Sequence record: SRR20825010_2030 | Length of the DNA: 41,798 nucleotides | Strand: one strand, 5' to 3' | Shown: positions 9,938 through 19,477 of the stretch, piece by piece | Layout: each line of letters starts with the position of its first letter | Position numbering within the stretch: position 1 is the stretch's first letter | Position numbers and translations under genes: made by a program | Notes under the pieces: generated by a model | Told to the model about the DNA's origin: nothing | What the model saw: only the letters and a program-made list of their open reading frames with translations | Databases searched by the model: none

Positions 9938-12491
9938 TCAATTCATCTGCGGCTTCGCTCAGCAGAAATTCATTGGTCTCACCGCCCACCGCTTCCTTGC
10001 CAATATCAAGCAGCACAGGAACAGCCAAGGGCGACACACGGTCGAGACGCTTTAGCGTGATGTGATGCTTCACGCGTTTCAGCATTTCGGCGAGCCGCGC
10101 TACATCCAGTAATCCGGTGGCAGCATCTGCCATTGTGGCCTGCAACAGAATATGATCCGGCTCGTGTTCGCGCAGCACATTGTAGATGAGGTCGGACGAG
10201 AATGTGACCTGCCTGCCCGTCTTTTCCTGACCAGGGTAGCGCCGCTCAATCAGACCGGAAATGATCGCACAATCACGGAAGGTCCTTTTCAGAAAACTGG
10301 ATTCGGCCAGCCACGCATCGAGATCATCGCCCAACATATCCTCGGCGAATAGTTCGTTCAGCGGTAATTCGTTGCGCTCAGCCATCAGCCCGATATCACG
10401 CAAACACCAGATCGCAAGTGCATATTCGGATGCGATAAATCCCATGGGACGCGCTCCCGCTCGGTCCAACCGGCGCGTCAGCAACATGCCAAGCGTCTGG
10501 TGCGCCAATCGCCCTTCAAACGGATAACAAACGAGATAAAATTTATCGCCGCGTGGAAAGCACTCCACCAACAACTCGCCTTCGCGCGGCAGGATAGACC
10601 GCCGTTCCTGCATGCAAAGCCATGCCGCAACCTGTTCGGGCAAACCTTCCCATTGCTCACGATGAGCCAACATGTGCCGCACGCGACTGGCCAGATAGGT
10701 GGAAAGTGGAAACTTGCCCCCGTAATAGGACGGAATCATCGGATCGCCATCTTGCGCCTTGGAGCAACAGGCTTCGGTTTCGACCAGACTTTCAAATCGC
10801 AGCAAATGGCCTGCAAAAATAAATGTGTCTCCCGGAGTCAATTGATCGATAAAATATTCCTCAATCTCTCCAAGCATTCGTCCACCGGCAAAGCCGCGGG
10901 CACGTCGACCTGCCTTCACCATACGAACTTTGACCATGGCAGCTTCGACAATAGTTCCGACATTCATGCGAAATTGTTGGATCACTTGTGGTGATGCCGC
11001 GCGCAAACGCATATCACCGGTCATGGGCGCATTGGGACGCAATCGCGCATAGCGGTCATAGGATTTAAGCGCATAGCCGCCGGTCGCGACGAACTCCACA
11101 ATCTTGTCGAAAGTCTCGCGGGGAAGATGACGATAAGGTGCGGCCGCAATCACTTCGATGAAAAGCTCTTCCGGCATGAAGGGTTCGGCACAGGCCCGCC
11201 CCAGCACATACTGCGCCAGAACATCCAGTGCACCGTCACGGCGGATCATGCCGTCTTGCGCGCCCTCGGTGGCTGCTGCGCGCGCGGCCTCGCATTCCAA
11301 TACTTCGAACCTGTTGGCAGGCACAAGCAAGGCGCGGCTTGGTTCGTCCAGCCGGTGATTAGCCCGACCGATACGCTGCGCCAGACGACTCGCGCCTTTG
11401 GGAGCGCCGACACAGATCACCAGATCGACCTCACCCCAGTCGATGCCCAGATCAAGTGTCGATGTGCAGACCACCGCCTTCAACGTACCCGCCGACATGG
11501 CGGCTTCCACCTTGCGGCGCTGCTCCGCACTCAGCGAGCCATGATGGAGTGCAATGGCCAAGCCGTCTTCGTTGAGCCGCCAAAGCTCCTGAAACACAAA
11601 CTCAGCCTGCGAACGCGTGTTCACAAAAATCAAAGTTGTCTTGCGTGTTTTTATCGCCTCATAGACATCCCCCAGCGCATGGCGCGCGGAGTGGCCAGAC
11701 CATGGAATGCGCGGTGTTTCACCATCATCGCTCTCAGCCGCATTTGGCACCAGAATGTCGATCTCCGGCACAGCACCGGGCGGAGCAACGATGATTTCCG
11801 ACAACACCTCTTTACCGCCTGTTTGCGGCATGAGGTAGCGACGCAGTTCCGTCGGCTCGGCCACAGTGGCCGATAATCCGACACGGCGCATTTTCGGAGC
11901 GAGTATCGCAAGGCGCGCGAGCCCCAGAGCTAAAAGATCACCACGCTTTGAATTGGCCAGCGCATGCAATTCATCAAGCACGACGCACTGCAATGTACCG
12001 AAAAACTCTCCAGCATCCGGATAGGAGAGCAGCAAAGCCAACTGCTCTGGCGTTGTCATCAGAATGCGCGGCGGATCACGGCGCTGGCGCTGGCGACGAT
12101 TTTGCGGCGTGTCACCAGTGCGGGTCTCGACACTGATGGCCAGCCCCATTTCCGCAATCGGTGTTTCCAGATTACGCTTCACATCGACCGCCAAAGCCTT
12201 CAATGGCGATATATAAAGTGTGTGCAGGCCTTTGCCTGCCTGACCCTGCTCATAAAGATCGATCAGGCTTGGCAAAAAACCCGCCAGCGTTTTGCCAGCA
12301 CCTGTTGGCGCGATCAGCAAGGCCGAAAGGCGAGCCGTCGCCAATTCCAGAAGTGCCAATTGATGGGCACGGGGCAACCAGCCTCTGGCTGCAAACCAGT
12401 CTGCAAAGACCGCAGGCAGCTCAAAATGTGGCGTAATTGCGATACGCATCTTTGCCGCTTCTTTGCGCTTGCGGGGGTGGCCATGGCTCAT
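9912..12491 (-). CDS. Ligase-associated DNA damage response DExH helicase (Lhr-core)
   Basis: APTGAGKT, SPLKALA, DELH, SAT, HHGSL, TSTLDLGID, QRIGRA. Start at 12491 or 12449. Confidence 0.93.
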   Translation of the reverse strand: MSHGHPRKRKEAAKMRIAITPHFELPAVFADWFAARGWLPRAHQLALLELATARLSALLIAPTGAGKTLAGFLPSLIDLYEQGQAGKGLHTLYISPLKALAVDVKRNLETPIAEMGLAISVETRTGDTPQNRRQRQRRDPPRILMTTPEQLALLLSYPDAGEFFGTLQCVVLDELHALANSKRGDLLALGLARLAILAPKMRRVGLSATVAEPTELRRYLMPQTGGKEVLSEIIVAPPGAVPEIDILVPNAAESDDGETPRIPWSGHSARHALGDVYEAIKTRKTTLIFVNTRSQAEFVFQELWRLNEDGLAIALHHGSLSAEQRRKVEAAMSAGTLKAVVCTSTLDLGIDWGEVDLVICVGAPKGASRLAQRIGRANHRLDEPSRALLVPANRFEVLECEAARAAATEGAQDGMIRRDGALDVLAQYVLGRACAEPFMPEELFIEVIAAAPYRHLPRETFDKIVEFVATGGYALKSYDRYARLRPNAPMTGDMRLRAASPQVIQQFRMNVGTIVEAAMVKVRMVKAGRRARGFAGGRMLGEIEEYFIDQLTPGDTFIFAGHLLRFESLVETEACCSKAQDGDPMIPSYYGGKFPLSTYLASRVRHMLAHREQWEGLPEQVAAWLCMQERRSILPREGELLVECFPRGDKFYLVCYPFEGRLAHQTLGMLLTRRLDRAGARPMGFIASEYALAIWCLRDIGLMAERNELPLNELFAEDMLGDDLDAWLAESSFLKRTFRDCAIISGLIERRYPGQEKTGRQVTFSSDLIYNVLREHEPDHILLQATMADAATGLLDVARLAEMLKRVKHHITLKRLDRVSPLAVPVLLDIGKEAVGGETNEFLLSEAADELIEEATRLV

Positions 12492-12610
12492 GAAGTCACT
12501 ATAACCTCTCCCAAGCCCCATAAATCCATGTGAAACTCGTGCGCTGTATCATGAGTGTCCGAATTCGAGGAGCCTGCCCCTTGCTATCCGAAGACTTACC
12601 GCAAGAGCTT

Positions 12611-13435
12611 ATGTCTAATCTAGACGCACTTCTTCCCATCTTTATTGAGCACGGATTGAGCTTCGCTTCTGCGATCGTCATTCTCGTTCTCGGTATTTGG
12701 TTTGCGGGCAAGTCACGCAAATGGACTATTTCGGCGCTACGACGCATGCCCAATTTCGATGCGACGCTGTTGAGTTTCTTCGGCAATATTGTCCGATATT
12801 CAGTCATTATCTTCACAGTACTCGCTGTTCTAGCCAAATTCGGCGTCCAGACAACCAGCCTTATCGCCGTTCTGGGCGCCGCAGGTCTGGCCATCGGTCT
12901 GGCCTTGCAGGGCACATTGTCCAATGTGGCAGCCGGCGTCATGCTGCTTATATTCCGTCCCTTCAGGGCCGGTGACTATGTAGAGGTCGCAGGCGGCATT
13001 GGCGGTTCGATCGTCGAACTGTCACTCTTTTCCACCGAGCTTGTAACGCCTGACAATCTCAAGATTTTCATGCCCAATAGCGAGATCTGGGCCAGCCCGA
13101 TCCGCAATTACAATGCCCACCCGACACGCCGTATCGACATTATCTGCGGCATTTCCTATAGCGACGATATCGGCAAGGCGATTGATGCAATGCTTTCTGT
13201 GGCCGGAGCAGAAGCACGCATCCTGAGTGAGCCAAAGCCGATTGCCGTCGTCACTGCACTGGGGTCAAGCTCGGTCGATATGATGCTGCGCGTCTGGATG
13301 AAAACACCGGATTACTGGGGCGTCAAATTCGACGTCACACGCGCAGTCAAAGAGCGCTTCGACCAGGAAGGCATCACCATTCCCTTCCCGACCTCGACGC
13401 AATATACTTACGCAGTTGATCAGAAGACTGATTAA
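12611..13435 (+). CDS. mscS: Small-conductance mechanosensitive channel
   Basis: TTSLIAVLGAAGLAIGLALQGTLSNVAAG, RPFRAGDYV, GITIPFP; GAGG upstream; ATG 12611. Confidence 0.93.
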   Translation: MSNLDALLPIFIEHGLSFASAIVILVLGIWFAGKSRKWTISALRRMPNFDATLLSFFGNIVRYSVIIFTVLAVLAKFGVQTTSLIAVLGAAGLAIGLALQGTLSNVAAGVMLLIFRPFRAGDYVEVAGGIGGSIVELSLFSTELVTPDNLKIFMPNSEIWASPIRNYNAHPTRRIDIICGISYSDDIGKAIDAMLSVAGAEARILSEPKPIAVVTALGSSSVDMMLRVWMKTPDYWGVKFDVTRAVKERFDQEGITIPFPTSTQYTYAVDQKTD

Positions 13436-13467
13436 CAGGCCTTTATGGGCACAGCCAACGGAGCCGC

Positions 13468-13743
13468 ATGACGATGGACAAACTTCTAGGTGGACCGGTT
13501 ATCCCGACACTTTTCAAATTGCTGATTGCTTCCGTTGTCGTCGGCATTCTGCTGGCGTTTTTCGGCATACAGCCGGTCGATCTCTGGCGCGACTTTATCG
13601 CCACGGTCGGCCAGATATGGCGCATGGGCTTTGACGCTATCGACTGGTCGCTGCGCTATATCCTTCTGGGCGCTGTTGTCGTCGTGCCGATCTGGTTTGT
13701 GATCCGGCTCTGGACCTATCTCACCACTTCGCGTGGCGACTGA
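13468..13743 (+). CDS. Small membrane protein, DUF6460-like
   Basis: KLLIASVVVGILL...YILLGAVVVVPIW; GGAG RBS. Confidence 0.75.
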   Translation: MTMDKLLGGPVIPTLFKLLIASVVVGILLAFFGIQPVDLWRDFIATVGQIWRMGFDAIDWSLRYILLGAVVVVPIWFVIRLWTYLTTSRGD

Positions 13744-13757
13744 CATTCTTCACCGCC

Positions 13758-13788
13758 CGCCGGACGCAGGGGTCCCTTGCGTCCGGCG
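13758..13788. terminator. Strong intergenic hairpin
   Basis: CGCCGGACGCA...TGCGTCCGGCG perfect 11-bp stem, extendable; no U-tract. Confidence 0.5.
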
Positions 13789-13862
13789 AACGGCATACAA
13801 GCCCCGCGTGCAAATCTCTTCGCGCCTGCTATCCTCCCTTCCAAACAAACAGGGAGAACAGC

Positions 13863-14753
13863 ATGTCAACAATGTTCCGCGACGGACTTCTCAAGGGTAA
13901 ACGCATTCTGATTACAGGCGGCGGCACTGGCCTTGGCAAGGAAATGGCCGAGGACTATCTGCGCCTCGGGGCTGATGTCTATATCTGCGGTCGTCGCAAG
14001 AATGTGCTTGATGACACAGCAAAAGTTCTGATGGACAAGCATGGCGGCTCGGTAAAAACCCATTCTGTTGATATCCGCGTGGCAGCTGCCGTGGATGACA
14101 TGATCGGCGAAATCTGGGCTGATGGCGGCGCGCTAACAGGCCTCGTCAACAATGCGGCCGGCAATTTCATCAGCCCCACAAAAGACCTGACACCCAAGGG
14201 CTTTGATGCCATTTCGGGTATCGTCTTTCACGGCTCGTTCTATGTCACACATGCCTGCGGCAAACGCTGGATCGAAGGTGGCACCAAGGCCAGCGTCATC
14301 TCGATCCTCACCACATGGATCTGGAATGGCGGCCCCTTCACCGTGCCATCTGCCATGTCGAAAGCGGGCATCAACATCATGACAAAGTCGCTGGCAGCCG
14401 AGTGGGGCCGCTATGGTATCCGCCTCAATGCAATCGCTCCCGGCCCCTTCCCCACCGAAGGCGCATGGGCACGACTGAGCCCCGGTCAATCCACCGATGG
14501 CGAGCAATCACGAGACGGTATCCCGATGGGCCGCGTGGGCGAGATGGCCGAATTGAAGAACCTCGCCACATTCCTCATGTCGGACGGGTGCGAATATCTC
14601 ACCGGCCAGACCATTGCCATCGATGGCGGTGGCTTCAATTCGGGTGCTGGCAATTTTTCACGCCTGTCCAACCTCAGCGATGAGGAATGGGACAATATGC
14701 GCGAGATGATCCGCTCGACCAATGACAAGGACAAGGCGCAACGCAGCGTCTGA
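13863..14753 (+). CDS. SDR oxidoreductase, 2,4-dienoyl-CoA reductase-like
   Basis: TGGGTGLG, NNAAGNF, SAMSKAG, EWGRYGIRLNAIAPGPFPT. Confidence 0.9.
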   Translation: MSTMFRDGLLKGKRILITGGGTGLGKEMAEDYLRLGADVYICGRRKNVLDDTAKVLMDKHGGSVKTHSVDIRVAAAVDDMIGEIWADGGALTGLVNNAAGNFISPTKDLTPKGFDAISGIVFHGSFYVTHACGKRWIEGGTKASVISILTTWIWNGGPFTVPSAMSKAGINIMTKSLAAEWGRYGIRLNAIAPGPFPTEGAWARLSPGQSTDGEQSRDGIPMGRVGEMAELKNLATFLMSDGCEYLTGQTIAIDGGGFNSGAGNFSRLSNLSDEEWDNMREMIRSTNDKDKAQRSV

Positions 14754-14761
14754 CAGATTGC

Positions 14762-14795
14762 GCGAACCCGCGTTAAGATTACGGCGCGGGTTCGC
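14762..14795. terminator. Hairpin between convergent genes (possible bidirectional terminator)
   Basis: GCGAACCCGCG...CGCGGGTTCGC 11-bp stem enclosing the stop codon of the convergent gene. Confidence 0.6.
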
Positions 14796-15336
14796 CACCA
14801 TCCCACAGCATGGCGGTTACCGTCCAACTGGCGAATACACCGCTATCAGGCAGCATGCCGTCAGGTGCGGGAGTCGCGCCCTGCAATTCATAAATGATAT
14901 GCATGGAGCCGGGTTGAGCGCAGAAAATACGTCCACTCTTTTCGCCGCGCCCCGGATTGCAGGCCGAAATATCGCCGTCTGGCAGTGCCTCCAATAGCCC
15001 CGAGCCAACATGCACACCCTTGTCATCGTGGATTGATTGATCAAGGACGAGAACACTTTGAACAGTTGACCCATCACGCGAGGGATAGGCCTCGAACAAG
15101 GCTGCCTCGCCATCCGATACTCGGATCACACGTTCCCCGGGCTGAAGTGCCGATGATATGGCAGGCTCTACTTTGCGGGTTGGCAATAGTTTGGCAATCA
15201 CGTCAGGGTCGAAACGGGTTGCGACGGTGATTGGGCCGAAGCTTGCCTGGCTCACGACGATATCAACAGGTTGGGAACAGGCTACAAGCGCTGCGGCCAA
15301 CACGCATATGGCACTCAGTTTCGTCCAGACTTGCAT
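14779..15336 (-). CDS. Lipoprotein, DUF1131/YfeY-like
   Basis: Lipobox LVAC; GPITVATRFD, GVHVG, CNPG...IFC, C-terminal W-x-V-x-x-M-L-W. Confidence 0.65.
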   Translation of the reverse strand: MQVWTKLSAICVLAAALVACSQPVDIVVSQASFGPITVATRFDPDVIAKLLPTRKVEPAISSALQPGERVIRVSDGEAALFEAYPSRDGSTVQSVLVLDQSIHDDKGVHVGSGLLEALPDGDISACNPGRGEKSGRIFCAQPGSMHIIYELQGATPAPDGMLPDSGVFASWTVTAMLWDGGEPAP

Positions 15337-15402
15337 ACGTCTTGCTCCGTGAATGACCCTGCAACCAGTATTGCGGTTTATACCGCCTGCGACTATCCCC
15401 TT

Positions 15403-16380
15403 TTAGTCCATCACGATGACAACCTTGCCGATTGCCTGCCGGTTCTGAAGCAGATTCATGGCCTCGACCGCGCGTTCCAGCGGAAAAGTTGCACAGACAT
15501 AAGGATCGATCCGGCCTTCGGCAGCCAGCCGGTCAATCGCGTCGATATTCTGGCGACCAGCCTCTGGGTCGCGGCGCCCGTATTCGCCTGCCCGCACACC
15601 GACGACCGAAAAGCCTTTGATGAGGGGCATATTGACCGAAATATTCGGAATGCGGCCGCTGGTAAACCCGATCACAAGCAGACGTCCGTTCCATGCGATG
15701 CAGCGTACGCTTTCGTCAAACACATCGCCGCCGACCGGATCATAGATCACATCGGCTCCGCGCCCACCGGTCAGCTCTTTGACCTCTTCGCGGAAGCCTC
15801 GTGTCACATTGATCACATGGTCTGCGCCACGCGCCTTGACCACTTCCAGTTTCTCATCGGATGCCGAAGTGGCAATCACTGTCGCGCCCATTAGCTTGCC
15901 GACATCGACCGCGGCCATGCCAACACCACCTGTGCTGCCATGTACCAGCAATGTCTCGCCCGCTTTCAAATGTCCGCGAATAACCAACGCTACGTATGCG
16001 GTGAGGTAGGCTGCGGGGTAAGCTGCCGCTTTCACAAAATCCATGCCTGTCGGAATTGGACGGCAGGCAGCAGCAGCAGCGTTCACTTCTTGTGCAAAAC
16101 CGCCAATGCGCAAACCGGCTACGACTTTATCTCCCACCTTTAGATGGGTCACATCACTACCGACACTTTGCACTATGCCCGCACCTTCCATGCCCGGTGC
16201 AAAAGGCAGCTCCGGTTTGAACTGGTACTTTCCCTGCACCATCAAAATGTCTGGAAAGTTGATGGAGCAAGCTTTGAGGTTCAGACGCACCTCTTGCGGT
16301 CCGGGTGGCGGAAGGTCGATTTCATCCATCCGCAGGACAGAAATATCTTCCGATAGTTCGTGAACGCGCATTGTGCGCAT
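15403..16380 (-). CDS. NADPH:quinone oxidoreductase family (MDR)
   Basis: SINFPD, GKYQFKPELPFAPGMEG, HGSTGGVG, YDPVGG, GKVVI; GGAGGG RBS before ATG 16380. Confidence 0.92.
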   Translation of the reverse strand: MRTMRVHELSEDISVLRMDEIDLPPPGPQEVRLNLKACSINFPDILMVQGKYQFKPELPFAPGMEGAGIVQSVGSDVTHLKVGDKVVAGLRIGGFAQEVNAAAAACRPIPTGMDFVKAAAYPAAYLTAYVALVIRGHLKAGETLLVHGSTGGVGMAAVDVGKLMGATVIATSASDEKLEVVKARGADHVINVTRGFREEVKELTGGRGADVIYDPVGGDVFDESVRCIAWNGRLLVIGFTSGRIPNISVNMPLIKGFSVVGVRAGEYGRRDPEAGRQNIDAIDRLAAEGRIDPYVCATFPLERAVEAMNLLQNRQAIGKVVIVMD

Positions 16381-16445
16381 AGGCCCCTCCCGTGTTTCAA
16401 TTTCTTTTGCGGGGAGCATAAGGCTTGTGAGAGCTTCCGCCTAGT

Positions 16446-17024
16446 TCACACCGAGATCATGCCTGCAGCTTCCAGCAAGGAGACAGCACCAAGCACGATA
16501 AAAATCGTTGCTGCCGTGCCGCGAACAAGCTGCATAGGCAAAGCCTTTGCCGCAACGTCACCCAGATAAACGGCAGGTACATTGGCCACCATCATGCCGA
16601 TTGTCGTGCCAGCGGCGACAGCCAGCAGATCATGAAAACGGGCGGCAAGTCCTATAGTTGCAAACTGCGTCTTGTCGCCCATTTCAGCGAGGAAGAATGC
16701 AATCGTGGTCGTAACAAAAGGCCCAAACCGTGTGGCCCATCCCTCGCTCACTTCGCCTTCTTTATCCGGAATGAGCATCCAGATTCCGGCGGCCAGGAAT
16801 GACACACCCAAAGTCAGGTTCAGCATGTCGCGCGTCAGCCAGTCCGCGATCAAAATGCCCACCTGTGCCGCCAGCGCATGGTTGATGATTGTGGCGACAA
16901 ATATGCCCGTAATGATCGGAAGAGGCTTGCGGAACCGCGCTGCCAGCACAAGTGCCAGCAATTGCGTCTTGTCGCCGATCTCAGCGACAGCAACCGCAGA
17001 GAGTGAAATGAAAAAAGCTTCCAT
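16446..17024 (-). CDS. TMEM165/GDT1 (UPF0016) family Mn2+ exporter, MneA-like
   Basis: Two E-x-G-D-K-T-Q motifs (AEIGDKTQ, AEMGDKTQ); GAGG RBS before ATG 17024; yybP-ykoY riboswitch upstream. Confidence 0.93.
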   Translation of the reverse strand: MEAFFISLSAVAVAEIGDKTQLLALVLAARFRKPLPIITGIFVATIINHALAAQVGILIADWLTRDMLNLTLGVSFLAAGIWMLIPDKEGEVSEGWATRFGPFVTTTIAFFLAEMGDKTQFATIGLAARFHDLLAVAAGTTIGMMVANVPAVYLGDVAAKALPMQLVRGTAATIFIVLGAVSLLEAAGMISV

Positions 17025-17095
17025 GATAACCTCGGGGCCGGGCGGACAAACCAATGACTCAATAACGCGTGCCCGGCTAAGAGCCACGTATCAAG

Positions 17096-17220
17096 CCAAA
17101 GGTCTCGTCAAACAGCGCGAACCTGCGCGCCCCGCACATGCCATGGCTTCTGAAGAAACCAAGTCTGTTGACATGCACCCCTCTCTGTCTTGCGACGGAG
17201 GGCGACTACTCCCCTAAGGA
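17096..17220 (-). ncRNA. yybP-ykoY manganese riboswitch
   Basis: Minus strand CCTTAGGGGAGTAGTC...GTCAACAGAC...GACGAGACCTTTGG: conserved GGGGAGTAG and GAGACC hallmarks with P1 pairing, directly upstream of a UPF0016 gene. Confidence 0.9.
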
Positions 17221-17279
17221 CGAACTTGGATTACCACCAAAGAATTATTGCCGCAAGTCAGGAACGCAGCGTCGTGCGC

Positions 17280-18305
17280 TCAGCCACGCAAGGCACTATG
17301 GAGATCGCGGGCGATTTCCTCGCAAGCGCGTTTGGCAGCAGGCACTGCTCCTGTCATGGCGGTGAAACCATGTGCCAGCCGGTCATAACAACGCTCTGTC
17401 ACTTTGACGCCGGCTTCCTTGAGCTTTTCGGCATAGGCAATGCCTTGATCACGCAGCACGTCAAAGCCAGAAGTGATGACAATAGCCGGTGCCAGATCCT
17501 CAAGATCTTGCGCCTTAAGCGGCGAAGCACGCAGCTCGCTCTTTTCTGCCTCGCTGTTCAGATAAGTGTCGATGAACCATGTCATCACATCCTGTGTCAA
17601 CGGGTAGACATCGGCGCATGTATCCCACGAGCCGCCTGTCCATGTCATATCGGTGACGGGATATATGAGCAATTGCGCGGAGGGTGTCTCTTCACCACGA
17701 CGCAATGTCTCCTGCGCCACAACCGCGGATAGGTAGCCGCCCGCACTGTCGCCGCCCACAGCGATGCGATGGTTCATGCCTAGTGCCGTGGAATTATCAC
17801 AGGCGAATTTGAACGCGGCGAGAGCATCGTCCACGGCCGCCGGATACTTGTGTTCAGGCGCCAGACGGTAAGCGACCGAGAGCACCACACATTCGGCAAT
17901 TTCCGACATCATGGTGCAGAACGTGTCGCAAGTATCGAGGTCCCCGATCACACAGCCGCCGAAATGGAAAAAGACAATGCCGGGTAGCGGGCCGTTCGCA
18001 TTCTTGGGTGTATAGAGGCGTGCATCCAACGGTCCCGCCGCACCATCCACAGTCATATCGCGCACATCGACATGCAGATCGCGCGCACCGTCCAGCAGAG
18101 CCAGCCCTGCCGCCGTCGCAGCCCGCCCTTCCACCGGATCAAGCGTTGTCAGCGATGGCGCCTTCGCCCCTTGCGCTGCCAGAAATTGCGTATTGACGTC
18201 GAGCGTTCGGCCATCAATTTGCAGTGGTTTGCCTCCCGACATGGCGAGCAGCACCGAGTCGGGCAACATCAATAGTGTGCGGACGATCAGCTTCTGGACG
18301 TTCAC
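17280..18305 (-). CDS. Alpha/beta hydrolase, HSL-family (family IV) esterase
   Basis: HFGG, YRLAPEHKYP, GDSAGG nucleophile, DVLRDQG, HGF. Confidence 0.9.
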   Translation of the reverse strand: MNVQKLIVRTLLMLPDSVLLAMSGGKPLQIDGRTLDVNTQFLAAQGAKAPSLTTLDPVEGRAATAAGLALLDGARDLHVDVRDMTVDGAAGPLDARLYTPKNANGPLPGIVFFHFGGCVIGDLDTCDTFCTMMSEIAECVVLSVAYRLAPEHKYPAAVDDALAAFKFACDNSTALGMNHRIAVGGDSAGGYLSAVVAQETLRRGEETPSAQLLIYPVTDMTWTGGSWDTCADVYPLTQDVMTWFIDTYLNSEAEKSELRASPLKAQDLEDLAPAIVITSGFDVLRDQGIAYAEKLKEAGVKVTERCYDRLAHGFTAMTGAVPAAKRACEEIARDLHSALRG

Positions 18306-18330
18306 GAGGCAACCCCGAAAAGGTGGATGT

Positions 18331-19017
18331 TCATTTTTTCTCTTGCGCCATCAATGGGAGAGCCTTGAAGCCCTGCAACACAAGGACAGTTGCAAATTCC
18401 GCAGCCACTTTAGGTTCGGCGTTTTCGCGCAGGATCATGCGATCACCGATTTCCGTTGCAATGCCGACTACGGCGGCCATGAGATACTCACTATCGACCG
18501 CAGGCAAATTACCGTCGCGGATATCCTCGTCGATATATTCCTTGATCTCCTCAAGGCCAGCGAGAACTTCCGGCGTATCCATGCGCACGCGGAACCATGT
18601 CTGATTGCCACGGATCATCTGGAACATATGTCGGTCAGATACCAGGTAATCGAAATAGGTCGCATAAGCGTTGCGAATGAACTCTTCAAAATTGCGAGAG
18701 CGAATGCGATCAGCCTTCAGGCGTGGCCGGATGCGGCGCATGCCGTCATCCATGATGGCCTCGAAGACTTCTTCCTTGCTCTTGAAATAATTGTAGAACG
18801 TGCCCGAAGCGAGCCCCGTCTTACGGATCACATCACGCACTGTGGTCGCGCCATACCCCAGCTCTGCAAAAACCTCGCGAGCAGAGTTTAGAATGGCTTC
18901 GCGGTTATTAAGCTTGGTCAGCTCCCGCTTGCCCTTGGGCTTGCGGCTGGATTCGTCTGCCGGGTCGATGGATAATTCAGGCGACACAGGTGGCGCCATT
19001 TCTTTGACGTCACTCAT
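18331..19017 (-). CDS. TetR/AcrR family transcriptional regulator
   Basis: ILNSAREVFAELGYGATTVRDVIRKTGLASGTFYNYFKSKEEVF HTH. Confidence 0.92.
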   Translation of the reverse strand: MSDVKEMAPPVSPELSIDPADESSRKPKGKRELTKLNNREAILNSAREVFAELGYGATTVRDVIRKTGLASGTFYNYFKSKEEVFEAIMDDGMRRIRPRLKADRIRSRNFEEFIRNAYATYFDYLVSDRHMFQMIRGNQTWFRVRMDTPEVLAGLEEIKEYIDEDIRDGNLPAVDSEYLMAAVVGIATEIGDRMILRENAEPKVAAEFATVLVLQGFKALPLMAQEKK

Positions 19018-19202
19018 GCGCGGACCACTGCCCGTCGCAAACTGTCGCAATCCAACTCCACCTTCTGGCCTCCTGTTTGCCGCTGCAGACAGTCCTCATG
19101 TCCTGTCCGTCACGCGACGGTCACGCTTTATTGCCCCTAATCTAAACAAAGCCTGCCAAAGGTCAATTTCGCGGCTAGGGGCACAGGTGAAAAACATTAG
19201 AA

Positions 19203-19215
19203 AATCAATGACTTG
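19203..19215 (+). promoter_or_regulatory. Candidate IHF binding site
   Basis: AATCAAtgacTTG matches WATCAANNNNTTR exactly, with an A-tract upstream, in the long divergent intergenic region. Confidence 0.45.
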
Positions 19216-19477
19216 ACTATTTTTACTATCCGTTTGCCGATACTTTTTTAACGGTCGCAGGGACTGATCTGGCCAAAAACCGAGCAAAACCCTTAGATAA
19301 TCCTGCCAGAGCCTGTCCGTGCCCTGAAAACACACTTGCAATATTGCGCGTTACAAAAAACAGGCGGCGGCGCTAGGGTGCATCGCCAATTGACCTAAAG
19401 CATTATCGTGAAGAGGAGGGCGATTCCGCGCCCTGCCCGCCCAGCGCGCCTCTGGCGAAAGAGTGAGATGATCCCCC

